Origin: a virus
Virus record (IMG/VR): IMGVR_UViG_3300009183_000002
Location: 18,434 to 82,433 of that record
Length of the DNA stretch: 64,000 nt
Reading direction: 5' to 3' (one strand)
A model generated the notes under the pieces. The model was given only the letters and a program-made list of their open reading frames with translations. It did not search any database and was not told the DNA's origin. The translations under genes were made by a program, and so were the position numbers. Below, one piece after another: positions 62,588-64,000 of this stretch (position 1 is its first letter; every line of letters starts with the position of its first letter).

Positions 62588-62684
62588 GGTATTTAACTAT
62601 TTTTTTAATTCTACCAGAAGTTGATCAGAAGTGTAGGCTTTGCATTAGTGCCTTAAAATAATAAAAAGTATCTGTGTTAGCAAA

Positions 62685-64000
62685 ATGCAAATTCGTTATA
62701 TCAATGATTTTGGTGATGGAACCTCTGGTTACGCTGACTACGGTTCTGGGATTGTGGTTACCACAGCTAGTGGCCAACCTATTGAAGTAACGACTACTAC
62801 CAGTGGTGCTGTAACTATTCAAGCTGGTGGTACAGGCTCGGATGCTTTTGGGCGTTTACGCACGTCTTCACCTTTAACACTATTTGATTCAAGCCATCGA
62901 TACAAAGATAATGGACTGTGGACTACTGCTACCGGAACTGGTGGTACAACAACGTTTGATGCTAATGCTGGTCTTGTCACACTAAATACAACTACTGCTT
63001 CTGGCTCGTCAATTGTTCGGGAAACAACTAAGTGTTTCTCATATCAACCAGGGAAATCCCTATTGGTAATGTCTACGTTTGTAATGAACGCAGCTAAAAC
63101 AAACCTACGGCAACGTGTTGGATACTACGGTGCTAGCAATGGCATGTTCCTTGAGCAAGATGGAACAACCATATCATTTGTTGAGCGCAGTTCCGTAACT
63201 GGTTCTGTAGTTGACACCAAGGTAGCCAAAGCTAGTTGGAACATTGATCCGATGGATGGTACTGGTCCATCTGGTTACACACTTGACTTGACCAAAGCTC
63301 AAATCTTTTGGATGGACATTGAGTGGCTTGGGCTTGGTACGGTTCGTCTTGGTTTTATTATCAATGGAGAATTTGTACACTGCCATTCATTCCATCATGC
63401 AAATTTGGTTACTTCAACGTATATCACTACGGCATCGCTCCCTCTTCGTTACGAAATTGCTAACACCGATACAACGGCTAGTATCAGTACGTTAAAACAA
63501 ATTTGTTCAACTGTTCTTTCAGAAGGTGGTTACGAATTACGTGGAGCGCAGCAAGCTGTAGGCACAACCATTACGGGAGCATACAATCTAACCGCGTCTG
63601 GAACTTACTATCCACCAGTAGCTATTCGACTTAAAGCTGCTAATTTAGATGCAATTGCAATTGTTACAGCAGTTGCAATTATGGCAAGTGGGGGAACTGC
63701 CAATTATAGCTGGCGTGTTAACCAAGCCGCAACCGTTAGTGGCGGTACATGGACCAGTGCAGGAGTTAATTCTTCTGTTGAATATAACTTATCTGGTGTG
63801 TCAAGCAGTGGTGGTCGTGTTTTGGCTCAAGGATATTTTGCTGGTGGTAACAACAATCAAGTTCCTATTGATATTCTTAAAGAAGCCGTGTTTCAATCTC
63901 AATTGGAACGAGATGGTTTAACAAGCACTCCTTATGAAATCAGTGTTACTGTTGCGGCTAGCTCAAATAACCAAGGTGTTTATGCATCGATGGACTGGGA
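62685..64000 (+). CDS. Virion structural protein (lectin-like), 3'-truncated by window edge
   Basis: Not in ORF track; ATG 62685, DAFGRLR...YQPGKS...WN.D.MDG.G.SG..LD..K.QI...D.EWLG.G.VR. Confidence 0.8.
   Translation, partial: MQIRYINDFGDGTSGYADYGSGIVVTTASGQPIEVTTTTSGAVTIQAGGTGSDAFGRLRTSSPLTLFDSSHRYKDNGLWTTATGTGGTTTFDANAGLVTLNTTTASGSSIVRETTKCFSYQPGKSLLVMSTFVMNAAKTNLRQRVGYYGASNGMFLEQDGTTISFVERSSVTGSVVDTKVAKASWNIDPMDGTGPSGYTLDLTKAQIFWMDIEWLGLGTVRLGFIINGEFVHCHSFHHANLVTSTYITTASLPLRYEIANTDTTASISTLKQICSTVLSEGGYELRGAQQAVGTTITGAYNLTASGTYYPPVAIRLKAANLDAIAIVTAVAIMASGGTANYSWRVNQAATVSGGTWTSAGVNSSVEYNLSGVSSSGGRVLAQGYFAGGNNNQVPIDILKEAVFQSQLERDGLTSTPYEISVTVAASSNNQGVYASMDW

Overview
A 64-kb segment of a tailed dsDNA cyanophage, probably freshwater and infecting Synechococcus/Cyanobium. 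Gene content resembles the S-EIV1-like lineage, which is an inference. A minus-strand late block (about 4.3-35.2 kb) holds TerL, a probable portal, scaffold, N4-gp56-type major capsid, internal/ejection proteins, three peptidoglycan hydrolases, an NblA-like protein and HNH endonucleases. A roughly 580-bp non-coding switch region (35.5-36.1 kb) carries DnaA-box-like repeats. A plus-strand early/middle block (36.1-60.3 kb) has many small genes, PcfJ-like, Gp88-like, family A DNA polymerase with an intein, a tandem-OB SSB, DUF5895-like, SWIM and Gp157-like genes, and tRNA-Leu(UAA). Tail/fibre genes lie at both ends. The main unexplained signal is that the early/middle transcript is punctuated between genes by three families of covarying structured RNA elements: five tRNA-like (acceptor+T-arm) mimics, three RNase III-like refolding stems and seven H-type pseudoknots. 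This suggests a modular mRNA-processing and 5'-end-protection system that may double as recombination joints for single-gene cassettes. Other highlights are a SLOG domain fused to a putative ejected protein, a 40-aa signal-peptide-like ORF missed by the ORF track, a ~200-codon portal/scaffold dual-coding overlap, two NblA-like genes, and a direct-repeat-flanked insert encoding an AEP-like protein. All family calls are by eye from motifs; no searches were run.
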